Shown here one piece after another: positions 18,585 through 28,368 of a stretch of 64,000 bases of DNA. The notes beneath the pieces are model-generated. The model saw nothing but the letters and a program-made list of their open reading frames with translations. It had not been told where the DNA came from and made no database searches. The position numbers and the translations under genes were made by a program. Source of the DNA: Terrimicrobiaceae bacterium (GTDB lineage Bacteria; Verrucomicrobiota; Verrucomicrobiia; Chthoniobacterales; Terrimicrobiaceae); assembly GCA_041752695.1 (NCBI GenBank), contig JBGSVZ010000066.1, positions 1 to 64,000 of the forward strand, read 5' to 3'. Positions within the stretch are counted from its first letter, which is position 1; each line of letters starts with the position of its first letter.

Positions 18585-20573
18585 ATGTCTTCCTCCCTGA
18601 ATTGGGGCATCCTGGGCACGGGGTCCATTGCCCGAAAATTTGCATCGGAACTTCCGCATTCCACCACAGGTCGCCTCATCGCAGTGGGCAGTCGCACCGC
18701 GGAAAGTGCGGCCCGGTTTGTCGAAAAATTCCCCGGGATCCGGGCTCACGCCACGTACGACGCGCTCCTCGCCGACCCCTCCGTCCAGGCGGTTTATATC
18801 TCCACCCCGCATCCGCAGCACGCGGAGTGGGCCATTGCAGCGGCGGAGGCGGGCAAACACATTCTTTGCGAAAAGCCGCTCACCCTCAATCATGCCGAAG
18901 CGATGACGGTGGTGGAGGCGGCGCGACGCCACCAGGTCTTTCTGATGGAGGCGTTTATGTATCGCTGCCATCCGCGCACGGCGCGACTAGCAGAACTGGT
19001 TCGCGAGGGCGCAGTCGGACGGGTGCGGCTCATTCGGGCGACATTTAGCTTTGCGGCCGGTTACAATCCGGAGGGCCGTTTGTTTAGCAATGCTCTGGGC
19101 GGTGGAGGGATCTTGGATGTCGGATGTTACACCACTTCCATCGTGAGGCTGGTGGCGGGAGCTGCGACCGGCCAGGCGTTTGCGAACCCTTCGGAGGTGA
19201 ATGGTTCGGCGATCTTTTGTGAAACCGAGGTCGATGTGGTGGCGGTGGCGACGCTGAGATTTCCCGGCGACATTCTTGGGCAGATTTCCTGCGGGGTGTC
19301 GTTGCGCCAGTCCGATGACCTGGAGATCATCGGGGAGGACGGCGTGATCACGGTGCCGGGCTTTTGGAATCCTCCCGGGGTTATCACGATCCGTCGGAAT
19401 GGAGTGGCGGAAATCACGGAGATCGCTTCTGACCCGAACCCCTACAAATACGCCCTAGAGGCTGACGCCCTCGCTCTCGCCCTGCCTGAGCGCGAAAGTC
19501 CGGCGATGAGTTGGGACGACACCCTTGGGAACATGCGGACGCTTGATGCGTGGCGTGATGCCATTAAGCTGCAGTATGCGAGCGAGCGGCCGGACGCTCC
19601 GGAGCAACAGCTTCCTGTCTCCCGGCGTCCTCTGCGACCGGGTCGTCACGCGGAGATCCCCCGGCTGGCTCTTCCCGGTGTGGATAAACCGGTCTCGCGT
19701 TTGTTTCTCGGATTGGACAATCAGCGCACCTTCCCGCACCTCGCGGCGATGGCAGACGATTTTGTCGAGCGGGGTGGTAATGCGTTTGATACCGCCTTCA
19801 TTTATGGCGGCGGTTTGATGGAGGAACTCCTCGGGCATTGGATCAAACAGCGGGCCCTGCGGGACGATGTGGTTGTTATTGTGAAGGGCGCGCACACGCC
19901 GTGCTGTGATCCGGCAAATTTGCGGGAGCAATTTCACATCAGTCTGAACCGGCTGAAAACAGACTACGCCGACCTTTATATTATGCATCGCGACAATCCT
20001 GACGTCCCGGTGGGGGAGTTTGTCGACGTGTTGGATGAACTGCGTGCGGCCGGTCAGATCAGGGCCTTTGGCGGGTCGAACTGGAGCATGGAACGCCTGC
20101 GCGAGGCCAATGCCTACGCAGCCCGCACCGGGCGTGAGCCTTTTCGGGTCGTCAGCAACAACCTGAGCCTGGCGAAGATGGAAAATCCCGTTTGGGGCGG
20201 GTGCCAGAGTGCCAAAGGGGCGGAGTGGACGGCGTTTCTCCAGGAGACGGGCCTGGCCCTGCTGGCCTGGTCGAGTCAGGCCCGCGGGTATTTTGTGCCC
20301 GGGCGGCCGGATGGGGATCCGGAGATCATACGGTGCTGGGACAGTGCGGAAAACCGGGAACGACGCCGCAGGGCGGAGGAACTGGGAGCGGCCAAGGGCG
20401 TGAGTCCCATCAATATCGCGCTGGCTTACGTTCTGTCGCAACCCTATCGGGCGTTCGCGCTTTTTGGACCGCGCGCCATCGACGAGACGCGATCGTCTCT
20501 GCCGGGGGTCAGCCTCACACTGACGCTGGAAGAACTGGCTTGGCTCGATCTGGGGAGTTCGGCCCTGGGGTGA
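18585..20573 (+). CDS. Gfo/Idh/MocA oxidoreductase fused to aldo/keto reductase
   Basis: N-terminal GILGTGSIA, CEKP, GGGILDVGCY; C-terminal FDTAFIYG, DLYIMHRD, FGGSNW. Confidence 0.9.
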   Translation: MSSSLNWGILGTGSIARKFASELPHSTTGRLIAVGSRTAESAARFVEKFPGIRAHATYDALLADPSVQAVYISTPHPQHAEWAIAAAEAGKHILCEKPLTLNHAEAMTVVEAARRHQVFLMEAFMYRCHPRTARLAELVREGAVGRVRLIRATFSFAAGYNPEGRLFSNALGGGGILDVGCYTTSIVRLVAGAATGQAFANPSEVNGSAIFCETEVDVVAVATLRFPGDILGQISCGVSLRQSDDLEIIGEDGVITVPGFWNPPGVITIRRNGVAEITEIASDPNPYKYALEADALALALPERESPAMSWDDTLGNMRTLDAWRDAIKLQYASERPDAPEQQLPVSRRPLRPGRHAEIPRLALPGVDKPVSRLFLGLDNQRTFPHLAAMADDFVERGGNAFDTAFIYGGGLMEELLGHWIKQRALRDDVVVIVKGAHTPCCDPANLREQFHISLNRLKTDYADLYIMHRDNPDVPVGEFVDVLDELRAAGQIRAFGGSNWSMERLREANAYAARTGREPFRVVSNNLSLAKMENPVWGGCQSAKGAEWTAFLQETGLALLAWSSQARGYFVPGRPDGDPEIIRCWDSAENRERRRRAEELGAAKGVSPINIALAYVLSQPYRAFALFGPRAIDETRSSLPGVSLTLTLEELAWLDLGSSALG

Positions 20574-20691
20574 GCAAAGGTGAAAAGATTTTCGGACGCT
20601 GTTTACAAAACGTCCGTCGCGGGAGATAACGGGGTTTCCCGACTGGCGAATTCCTCGTCTGCCGGGAAACATCCTGACAATTCCAAAACCT

Positions 20692-20826
20692 ATGGGCGAC
20701 CGTTCTCCGAAAGCCAATCAGAAGAAATCCTCGCAAAAGCAGTCTAAGTCCGACGGCGCGAATAAACAAAAACAGCAGGCCGTTGCAGCCAAGCAGGCGG
20801 CCAAACTCGCTCCGAAAAAGAAGTAG
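20692..20826 (+). CDS. 44-aa Lys/Gln-rich small protein
   Basis: MGDRSPKANQKKSSQKQSKSDGANKQKQQAVAAKQAAKLAPKKK*; fills the intergenic gap; below the ORF-track cut-off. Confidence 0.7.
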   Translation: MGDRSPKANQKKSSQKQSKSDGANKQKQQAVAAKQAAKLAPKKK

Positions 20827-20925
20827 CCCTCCGGCAGGATTTGCCGAACGGGCAAGGGGAGTTGCCAGCGCCCATTCGGACCTGGGTGTCTTTGCGGCTT
20901 TGTCAGTTCGGAGTGACGGGATTTG

Positions 20926-21444
20926 TCACACCTCGAAATAAAGCGCGGTGTAAACTTTGGGGTCGATGAGACATCCGGCCTGACGTTTCCCGTCAATCCA
21001 CGTATCGATTTCACTCAGAGGGACTTCGTAAACGGTGATGTCCTCCCCCGCCACCCCGCCTCCCGCCGCGACCCTTGTGAGCCCGTCTGCGCGGAAAAAT
21101 GTGACAAATTCATTGGTAATCCCCGCCGCGGAAGGCCCGTCCGTGAGAAACTTCAGGGTCCGAGGTTCGTACCCGGTTTCCTCCAAAAGTTCCCGGCGGG
21201 CCGCGTCCGCATAGTCTTCGTTTTCCGCATCGTCCCCGACCAGTCCGGCGGGAATTTCGACGACTCTTTTTCCGACGGCGGGCCGGAACTGCTCAACCAG
21301 CACAACCTTGCATTCGGCGGTCACAGCCAGAATCGCCACCACCCCGCAAGCTTTTCGCCGTTCCACATACTCCCAGGTATCCACAGACCGGAACCGACAG
21401 AACCGGCCTTCAAAAAGAATCTCATCCTTCGGCGGAAGATTCAT
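20926..21444 (-). CDS. NUDIX hydrolase (ADP-ribose pyrophosphatase-like)
   Basis: EQFRP, EIPAGL...AARRELLEETG Nudix box. Confidence 0.92.
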   Translation of the reverse strand: MNLPPKDEILFEGRFCRFRSVDTWEYVERRKACGVVAILAVTAECKVVLVEQFRPAVGKRVVEIPAGLVGDDAENEDYADAARRELLEETGYEPRTLKFLTDGPSAAGITNEFVTFFRADGLTRVAAGGGVAGEDITVYEVPLSEIDTWIDGKRQAGCLIDPKVYTALYFEV

Positions 21445-21505
21445 GGCGGGAAAAGGAACCTGGACCCTCGTGAGACTGGTTTCCCGCTGCTATGACGCGT
21501 CGCCC

Positions 21506-22063
21506 CTAGGCCGCTTTGTGGAATTCGAATACGTTGATGGGAGGCAGATTGAGCGGACAATACTCGCGCTCGGCCAGCTTGAAGAGGTGGCTGTGGCCAC
21601 ACAATTGATCCGTCACCTGATAGGTGATGAACCGGCTTTCACTCGTCATGGCATTGGCGATGTTCTGCAGGATCTGGTTGCGGATTTCCTCGGGCACGAC
21701 CAGGAAGGGGATGCCCGAGAGGATATAATCACAATGCGTGATCCCATGATCGGCCAGGGTCTGCGGCAAATGCAGGGCGTCGGAGTGGAGCACGATCACG
21801 CGGGGATCGTCGGCGAAATGTTTGCGGAGATGGTCGGCGAATTCCTTGTCGAGCTCCATCAGGATGAGCTTCGAGTCAGCATTCATGCGTTTGACAATCT
21901 GCCGGGTGTGACAACCCTCTCCGGGTCCAAGTTCCACCACCACACGGGGCTTGGAAAAATCAATGCGCCGGGCGGTCTGGCGGGTCAGGAACGGTGAACT
22001 CGGCACGACATAACCGACACGCAGGGGATTCGCGAGGGCGCGTTTGAAGAAAAGAAGGCTCAT
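21506..22063 (-). CDS. Class I SAM methyltransferase (phospholipid N-methyltransferase PmtA-like)
   Basis: VPSSPFL, VVELGPGEG, ILSGIP, NLPP. Confidence 0.8.
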   Translation of the reverse strand: MSLLFFKRALANPLRVGYVVPSSPFLTRQTARRIDFSKPRVVVELGPGEGCHTRQIVKRMNADSKLILMELDKEFADHLRKHFADDPRVIVLHSDALHLPQTLADHGITHCDYILSGIPFLVVPEEIRNQILQNIANAMTSESRFITYQVTDQLCGHSHLFKLAEREYCPLNLPPINVFEFHKAA

Positions 22064-22113
22064 GCGGAATTGGGAAGGTGAAGTGCGACGGGGTCCGCGT
22101 CAACCCTGCAAAG

Positions 22114-23034
22114 CTATAGGCGTCCGGCCAGCGCCGTCCGCATGACCTCGAGCGGAGCGGGACGACTGAACCAGATCTCAAACGAGAGAGCGCCCTGGTG
22201 CAGGAGCATGGAGAGTCCGTTGGCGACGCGGGCTCCGGCAGACCTTCCGTCCTCAACGAGGCGGGAATCGCCCGAGGCATACACGGTGTCGTAGATCATC
22301 AGGCTCGGCGTGAGCAAGCTGGCGGGAATCAGCGCTGCGTCGGTGCGTTTCATTCCGACGGAGGAGGCGTTGATCACCAGGTCGGTGTGGGCGAGTTGTT
22401 CGCGCAGGGCGCGTTCTTCATGCGGAATGGCCTGGATGCGGTCGATGGGCCCGACCAGCCGGTCCGTGCGAAAAAACGGGGCCAGTTCCGCGGCGAGGGC
22501 GGCGGCTTTTTCAAATGTGCGATTGACCAGCACCAGCCGCTCACAGTTTTCCAGAGCGCATTGCACGGCAATGGCGCGACCGGCTCCGCCGCCCGCTCCG
22601 AGGAGCAGGACGCGCAGATCGCGCAGGTCGACAATAAATTCCTCGCGGATCGCCCGCATCAATCCCGGACCGTCGGTGTTGAAACCGATGAGTTTTTTGC
22701 CCTCCACGACGACGGTGTTCACGGCACCGGATTTTTTGGCGTAGTCGTCGGCCTCGTCCACGGTGGCGAGGGCCCCGGCTTTGTGGGGGATGGTGACATT
22801 CGTGCCGAGAAATCCGGCGGCCGGCAGCGCGCGCAGGGCGGCGGGCAGTTCGTCTGGCTTCACTTCGACCTTCACATATTGTGCCTCGATGCCGCAGGCT
22901 TTCAGGGCGGCGTTGTGAAATCCCGGCGAGCGGCTGTGCGCGACAGGGTCACCAAAGACGGAAAGCCGCGCCGGAGGTGTGAGGCCGGAAAGTTTCCCGC
23001 CGCTGAGGTCTGCTGCGGAAAAGACGTCGTTCAT
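22114..23034 (-). CDS. aroE: Shikimate dehydrogenase
   Basis: HSRSP, NVTIPHK, AVNT, NTDG, GAGGG, NRT, MLLHQG. Confidence 0.93.
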   Translation of the reverse strand: MNDVFSAADLSGGKLSGLTPPARLSVFGDPVAHSRSPGFHNAALKACGIEAQYVKVEVKPDELPAALRALPAAGFLGTNVTIPHKAGALATVDEADDYAKKSGAVNTVVVEGKKLIGFNTDGPGLMRAIREEFIVDLRDLRVLLLGAGGGAGRAIAVQCALENCERLVLVNRTFEKAAALAAELAPFFRTDRLVGPIDRIQAIPHEERALREQLAHTDLVINASSVGMKRTDAALIPASLLTPSLMIYDTVYASGDSRLVEDGRSAGARVANGLSMLLHQGALSFEIWFSRPAPLEVMRTALAGRL

Positions 23035-24347
23035 TGTGCCAGGGTCGCCGCGCGATGGAAACGTTCCAGCACGCGTTCCTTGCCGAGGACTTCAAACATC
23101 TCGTAGAGCCCAGGGCCGACCGATCGACCGCTCACTGCTACCCGGGCCGGATGCACCAGGGCACCGGCCTTGACGCCGCGTGCCGTGGCGGTTTCCTTGA
23201 GTTTGGCTTCAATGACAGGATGGCTCCATTCCGGCAACTCCTTCAGGGCATCGCCGAGAGCGGCGAGGTGTTCCAAAGCACCGGGCTGTTTGAGTTTTTC
23301 CAGCGACTCGGGCTCGATGGGAAACTCCTCGGTGAATAGAAATCCGATCCAGTCCGGCACATCGCTCAAGTGTTTCACCTTGGGCTTGACGATGGCGAGG
23401 GCCTTCAGCAGGGCTTCCTGCGTGCCATAGGTTATGCCGGCCTTGTCCACAAACCCCTGGGAGAGACTGGCGAAACGCTCCAGGGTCATGTGCTGCAAAT
23501 ACTGACCGTTGAGCCAGAAACATTTATCGAGGTCGAAGATCGCGTTACGGCGGTTGATCTTTTCGAGATCAAACATCCCGCGCACTTCCTCCAGCGAGAC
23601 GATCTCACGATTGTCGCCGGGCGACCATCCGAGCAGGCAAAGGTAGTTGAGCACGGCCTCTGGCGTGTAGCCGTTTTCGACAAAATACTGCACGCTGGAT
23701 CCGCCGTCGCGCTTGCTGAGTTTTTTTCCTTCGTGATTCAGGATGAGCGGGATATGGGCGAACTTCGGAGGTTCCGCCCCAAAGGCCTGATAGAGCTCCA
23801 CATGTTTCGGGGTGTTGGAGAGATGGTCCTCGCCGCGAATGACGTGCGTCATTTTCATCTCGATGTCGTCCACCACATTGACGAAGTGAAAAATCCACGA
23901 GCCGTCCGGACGACGGATGGTCATGTCGGGGTGGGTCGCCGGGTTCGACATGTCGAAGGCGATGGTGCCGCAGACCTCGTCCTTGACCGTCACTGTCTTA
24001 CGTGGGGAGCGGAAGCGGATCGCGCCAGCGTCCTCGTACGTGTGGCCACCGGCTTCCAGCTTGGCGAGGTAGGATTCGTAAATGCTATTGCGTTCGCTCT
24101 GGCGGTACGGACCGTAGTCTCCCCCCATGTCCGGACCCTCGTCCCAATCCAGGCCGAGCCAGTTCATGCCGTCGTAGATGGCCTGCAGGGCCTCGGGCGT
24201 ATTGCGTTTGTCGTCAGTATCCTCGACGCGGAGGATCATCTTGCCGCCATTTTTGCGGGCATAGAGCCAGTTGAAAAGCGCGGTGCGGGCGCCTCCGACG
24301 TGAAGGTAACCGGTGGGAGAGGGTGCGAAGCGGGTGCGGACGGACAT
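23031..24347 (-). CDS. gltX: Glutamate--tRNA ligase
   Basis: RFAPSPTGYLHVGG, RVEDTD, HVIRGEDH, KLSKR; C-terminal anticodon-binding domain. Confidence 0.95.
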   Translation of the reverse strand: MSVRTRFAPSPTGYLHVGGARTALFNWLYARKNGGKMILRVEDTDDKRNTPEALQAIYDGMNWLGLDWDEGPDMGGDYGPYRQSERNSIYESYLAKLEAGGHTYEDAGAIRFRSPRKTVTVKDEVCGTIAFDMSNPATHPDMTIRRPDGSWIFHFVNVVDDIEMKMTHVIRGEDHLSNTPKHVELYQAFGAEPPKFAHIPLILNHEGKKLSKRDGGSSVQYFVENGYTPEAVLNYLCLLGWSPGDNREIVSLEEVRGMFDLEKINRRNAIFDLDKCFWLNGQYLQHMTLERFASLSQGFVDKAGITYGTQEALLKALAIVKPKVKHLSDVPDWIGFLFTEEFPIEPESLEKLKQPGALEHLAALGDALKELPEWSHPVIEAKLKETATARGVKAGALVHPARVAVSGRSVGPGLYEMFEVLGKERVLERFHRAATLAQ

Positions 24348-24420
24348 GAATCAAAAATTGACGAGAGGGGAGAATGAACAGGATTTCCGGAGAAAGGAAA
24401 GTCCGCATCCATGGACCCGT

Positions 24421-24837
24421 CTATTCAGGAACGAACTGCCCGCCATACCCCGGCTCGTAAAGGGTGAGCCCGCAGATTTTTGCAATGGAAGCGAAGTGCC
24501 CGTCGATGGAATACACACGGAGTTTTCTCTCCAGGCCCAACGCGGTGATCAAAATGTCATTCCACGGCACGGTGAGTCCGCCATCCCTCAGTCGCCACGA
24601 CAGGCGCACGGCATTCTCCCACAAATCATCCGGCATCGGAAAATACGGCACGACCTGCATCCGGCGGGCGAAACTCTGGCGGCGATCCTGCCGGACCGCG
24701 CCCAGAATTTCCAGTTTCACCGGACCGCAAACGGCAGCCTCGCCTTCGGAAAGCAGTTCCTCCAGCGCCAGTTTGACCTTGAGATCACCCTCGCGTTTGG
24801 CGGCTTCGATCCAGATGCAGGAATCGACGAGGACCAT
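24421..24837 (-). CDS. vapC: PIN-domain toxin, VapC family
   Basis: VLVDSCIWI, LEIL, DILI, YSIDGHF acidic PIN motifs. Confidence 0.85.
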   Translation of the reverse strand: MVLVDSCIWIEAAKREGDLKVKLALEELLSEGEAAVCGPVKLEILGAVRQDRRQSFARRMQVVPYFPMPDDLWENAVRLSWRLRDGGLTVPWNDILITALGLERKLRVYSIDGHFASIAKICGLTLYEPGYGGQFVPE

Positions 24838-25043
24838 TATTTGTCGAATTTTTCCGGGTCGTAATCCTCGTCGAAGGCATCGCCAAATTTTCCTTCGCGC
24901 AAGCGGCGGCCGAAATCCTTCATCCGAGCGCGCCGCACGAATTCGGTGACCGCCCTCGCCACTGCGGGGCTCTTCTTCGACTCTCCCGTGATCGCGGAAA
25001 GCTCGCTTAATAACCCATCATCAATGTCCACCGTGATCCTCAT
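24837..25043 (-). CDS. vapB: VapB-family antitoxin
   Basis: MRITVDIDDGLL...KSPAVARA ribbon-helix-helix-like N-terminus; acidic tail; TAATG coupling to the toxin. Confidence 0.85.
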   Translation of the reverse strand: MRITVDIDDGLLSELSAITGESKKSPAVARAVTEFVRRARMKDFGRRLREGKFGDAFDEDYDPEKFDK

Positions 25044-25066
25044 TTTGTTAATAAATACTCAAAATG
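25041..25066. promoter_or_regulatory. Inverted repeat, probable VapBC autoregulatory operator
   Basis: CATTTTG-N12-CAAAATG overlapping the vapB start codon in an AT-rich stretch. Confidence 0.55.
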
Positions 25067-25148
25067 CATCAAATTCAATTGTGTTTAGCAGCAAAAATCA
25101 TCGAATATTTTTCTCGAAAACGTCTTTTTAGCGAACGATGATCCTTAC

Positions 25149-25601
25149 ATGACTCTCCAAGCCCAAGTTGACAACGACATAAAAGACGCGATGCGCGCCA
25201 AGGACATGCCGCGTCTGAACACCCTGCGCATGCTCAAGACGGCGATGAAAAACGCGGCCATCGAAAAGGGCGGGGCCGAAGGAGTGCTCGATGACAGCGA
25301 GAGTTCCGCCATCATCCGCAAGCAGATCAAGCAGAGGCAGGACTCTGTCGAGGGATTTGAAAAAGGCGGTCGCCCCGAGCTCGCCGCCAGCGAAAAAGTC
25401 GAGATCGATGTGCTCTCGACCTACCTTCCCCAGGCCCTTTCGGCAGAGGAAGTTGCCGCCATCGTCAAAGATGCCATCGCCGAAGCGGGTGCCACCTCGA
25501 AGCAGCAAATGGGTGCGGTGATGAAAATTGTCAGCGCCAAAGCCGCGGGCCGCACCGACGGACGTACGCTCAGCACCGAGGTCCAGAAACAGCTCGGGTA
25601 G
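25149..25601 (+). CDS. GatB/YqeY domain protein
   Basis: DIKDAMRAKD..RL..LRMLK; KQRQDS..FEKGGR; YLP..LS; MGAVMK. Confidence 0.92.
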   Translation: MTLQAQVDNDIKDAMRAKDMPRLNTLRMLKTAMKNAAIEKGGAEGVLDDSESSAIIRKQIKQRQDSVEGFEKGGRPELAASEKVEIDVLSTYLPQALSAEEVAAIVKDAIAEAGATSKQQMGAVMKIVSAKAAGRTDGRTLSTEVQKQLG

Positions 25602-25648
25602 CTTCCATGTGGCAGTCTTTGGCTGGCGCACCCGAAAGCCGATACCCG

Positions 25649-25705
25649 CAGTCTGAAGGCTGGACTCCAACGCTTGCGTCAGGTTGGAGTACAGGCTTTA
25701 GCCTG
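25649..25705. repeat. Inverted pair of REP-like palindromic units
   Basis: CAGTCTGAAGGCTGGACTCCAA (25649-25670) and TTGGAGTACAGGCTTTAGCCTG (25684-25705) match 18/22 as inverted copies; each has an internal hairpin next to a GGAG motif. Confidence 0.6.
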
Positions 25706-25716
25706 TCCCTTCTCCC

Positions 25717-26415
25717 GTGATTCCCTCACCGCTTTCCGCCATCATCGTCGCCGCTGGTTCCAGCCGTCGCATGGGTTTTGACAAACTCACCGCGCCGCTG
25801 CTCGGCCAGCCGCTCGTCGCGCACAGCCTCGCGGCTTTTGAAGCCTGTGCCGAGGTGGACGCCATCGTGCTGGTCTGCTCCGGAGAGCGCATGGCGGAGT
25901 TCGAAAAAATTGCCGCGCCCTTCGCCAAGGTTCGTGAGGTCGTGCCTGGCGGACGCGAGCGGGTCGATTCCGTCCTTGCGGGGGTGGCTGCGTTTGACGG
26001 TTTGAACCCGGTTCACCTGGCCGTCCACGATGGCGCGCGTCCGCTCATCACTCCGCAAGCGATCTCGGCCTGCTATCAGGCCGCCGTGGAATTTGGCGCG
26101 GCGGTGAGCGCCGAGCCGGTCACCGACACCTTGCACCGCACGGATGCCGCCGGTTTTGCCTTGGAAACCGTTTCCCGTGAAAACCTCTGGCGCATGCAGA
26201 CACCGCAGATCCTGGAAACCGAGGTCCTGAAGGGGCTGCTTCGCGAAGCCCGCGCAGAGGGCACTTCGGTGACCGACGAAATTTCCCTCCTGCTTCGCGC
26301 CGGTCAGCGGGCGAAAGTCGTGGAAAATCCCGACTGGAATTTCAAGGTCACCTATCCCCGCGATCTCGCCCTCGCCGAGATCCTTTTGAAAAACCGCCAA
26401 ATCCCTCTCTCATGA
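25717..26415 (+). CDS. ispD: 2-C-methyl-D-erythritol 4-phosphate cytidylyltransferase
   Basis: AAGSSRRMG..K, HDGARP, QTPQ, TDE, NFKVTYPRDL. Confidence 0.93.
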   Translation: MIPSPLSAIIVAAGSSRRMGFDKLTAPLLGQPLVAHSLAAFEACAEVDAIVLVCSGERMAEFEKIAAPFAKVREVVPGGRERVDSVLAGVAAFDGLNPVHLAVHDGARPLITPQAISACYQAAVEFGAAVSAEPVTDTLHRTDAAGFALETVSRENLWRMQTPQILETEVLKGLLREARAEGTSVTDEISLLLRAGQRAKVVENPDWNFKVTYPRDLALAEILLKNRQIPLS

Positions 26416-27677
26416 AATCCCAATTAACGACTCGTCCCTCCGGACTCCGCATCGCGACGTGCGAGATGCCCCATGCCGAAACCGCCGCCGTGGGCATCTG
26501 GGCCGGCGTGGGCGGACGCCATGAACCGGCGAAACTCAACGGGATCTCCCACTTCATCGAACACATGCTTTTCAAGGGCACGGCCCGGCGGTCGGCTCGC
26601 CGCATCATGGAGGAAGTCGAAGGGGTGGGGGGCGACATGAATGCCTTCACCGCCGAGGAACGCACCTGTTATTACGCGGCGGCCGCGTCCGAATACTTTC
26701 CGCGCCTCTGCGATGTGCTGGCCGACCTTTATTTAAATCCGCGCTTTTCCACAACCGACATCGAGCGGGAACGCGGTGTGATCGGCGAGGAAATCCTCAT
26801 GTACCAAGACGAACCGTCTTCGCACGTGCAGGAGATGTTGAACGAAAATTTCTGGCCCGGTCACGCGCTGGGGCGTCCGCTGACCGGCACGGTCGAAACC
26901 ATCAGCAAATTCCAGCGGGACGATTTTCTCAATTACCGCACATCCCATTACCATGCGCATACCACGGTCGTCTCGGCGGCTGGCAAAATCCGTCACGAAG
27001 AGGTCGTCGAAAAAATGACCGCCTTGCTCAAGGACATTCCCCGCGGCCGCAAAGTGCGTGCCGCCACCGTCCCCGCCACGGGCAAGGGACCGCGGGTGAT
27101 CCTCAACCGCCGCGACACCCAGCAAACCCAACTCGCCATGGGGGTCGCGGGGGCCAGTCACCACGATCCGCGTCGGTACGCGTTACAAATTCTCCACACC
27201 CTCCTCGGCGGCAACGCCAGTTCGCGGCTCTTTCAGGAACTGCGCGAAAAGCGCGGCCTGTGTTATTCCGTGAGCACGCACCCGGCGTGTTTTGAGGATA
27301 CGGGAATGCTCAACATCTCGCTCGGTCTTGATCAGAAAAATGTGGAAAAGTCCCTCCGGCTTATTCTCACGGCTTTCGAGGAGATCAAAAACCGTCCCGT
27401 CCGTGCTGCGGAGTTGAAGCGTGCCAAGGAATACGCCGTCGGCACCAGCCGCATGTCGCTCGAACGCACCTCCAGCCAAAACATGCGCCTCGGCGGCTCC
27501 GTGCTTGTCTATGGCCAGATTGTGCCGCCCGAGGATGTCCACGCGAAGCTCCGGGCTGTCACCGCCGAAGACATCCAGTCCGCCGCCCGCGATTTTCTGG
27601 ATGCCAGCGCCGCGACCGTGGCCATCATCGGCCCCTCCCCGGAGGCCTCCGAAATCGAAAAAATCCTCCGTTCGTGA
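26412..27677 (+). CDS. M16-family (pitrilysin-like) zinc peptidase
   Basis: HFIEH (HxxEH), NAFT, SSRLFQELREKRGLCY. Confidence 0.93.
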   Translation: MKSQLTTRPSGLRIATCEMPHAETAAVGIWAGVGGRHEPAKLNGISHFIEHMLFKGTARRSARRIMEEVEGVGGDMNAFTAEERTCYYAAAASEYFPRLCDVLADLYLNPRFSTTDIERERGVIGEEILMYQDEPSSHVQEMLNENFWPGHALGRPLTGTVETISKFQRDDFLNYRTSHYHAHTTVVSAAGKIRHEEVVEKMTALLKDIPRGRKVRAATVPATGKGPRVILNRRDTQQTQLAMGVAGASHHDPRRYALQILHTLLGGNASSRLFQELREKRGLCYSVSTHPACFEDTGMLNISLGLDQKNVEKSLRLILTAFEEIKNRPVRAAELKRAKEYAVGTSRMSLERTSSQNMRLGGSVLVYGQIVPPEDVHAKLRAVTAEDIQSAARDFLDASAATVAIIGPSPEASEIEKILRS

Positions 27678-28324
27678 TTGCCGCCATCTTCGACTGGGAC
27701 GGCGTGGTGATCGATTCCTCCGCCAAACATGAACGCTCCTGGGAATTGCTCTCCGCCGAGATCGGGAAGCCGTTACCGCCGGATCATTTCAAAAAAGGCT
27801 TTGGCCGAAAAAATCAGATCATCATTCCCGAGTTGTTGGACTGGAGCCATGACCCCGCGGAGATTCAGCATCTGGCCGACCGCAAGGAAGAGCTTTACCG
27901 CAGTCTCGTGCGGGAAGGGGGCGTGACAATTCTACCCGGGGCCCGCGAACTGCTCGCCGCCTTACGCGATGCCGGGATCCCTCGGGCCATTGGTTCCTCC
28001 ACGCCCCGCGCCAACCTCGACGCCATCTTTGCCTCGACCGGGCTGGATGCGTTTTTCGACGCCGTCGTGAGTGCCGAGGACGTCGTCCATGGAAAACCGG
28101 CGCCCGACGTCTTCCTCAAGGGAGCCGCGCTCCTGAACGTTCCGCCGACTCGCTGCGTGGTTTTTGAAGACGCCCTTTTCGGCATCGAAGCCGCCCAGCG
28201 TGCCGGGATGAAAGTGATCGCCGTGGCCACCACCAACCCGCTCGACCTCCTCCAACACGCCGACCGCGCCGTGCTTTCGCTGGAGGAGATTTACCCCGCC
28301 GATCTGCAAGTGCTGGTGGGGTAA
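27674..28324 (+). CDS. HAD-superfamily phosphatase
   Basis: FDWDGV, GKPAPD, FEDA..G. Confidence 0.92.
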   Translation: MIAAIFDWDGVVIDSSAKHERSWELLSAEIGKPLPPDHFKKGFGRKNQIIIPELLDWSHDPAEIQHLADRKEELYRSLVREGGVTILPGARELLAALRDAGIPRAIGSSTPRANLDAIFASTGLDAFFDAVVSAEDVVHGKPAPDVFLKGAALLNVPPTRCVVFEDALFGIEAAQRAGMKVIAVATTNPLDLLQHADRAVLSLEEIYPADLQVLVG

Positions 28325-28368
28325 AAAACGCCGCTCGCCAGCCGCCGCCGATCTGCGATTATCCGGCC

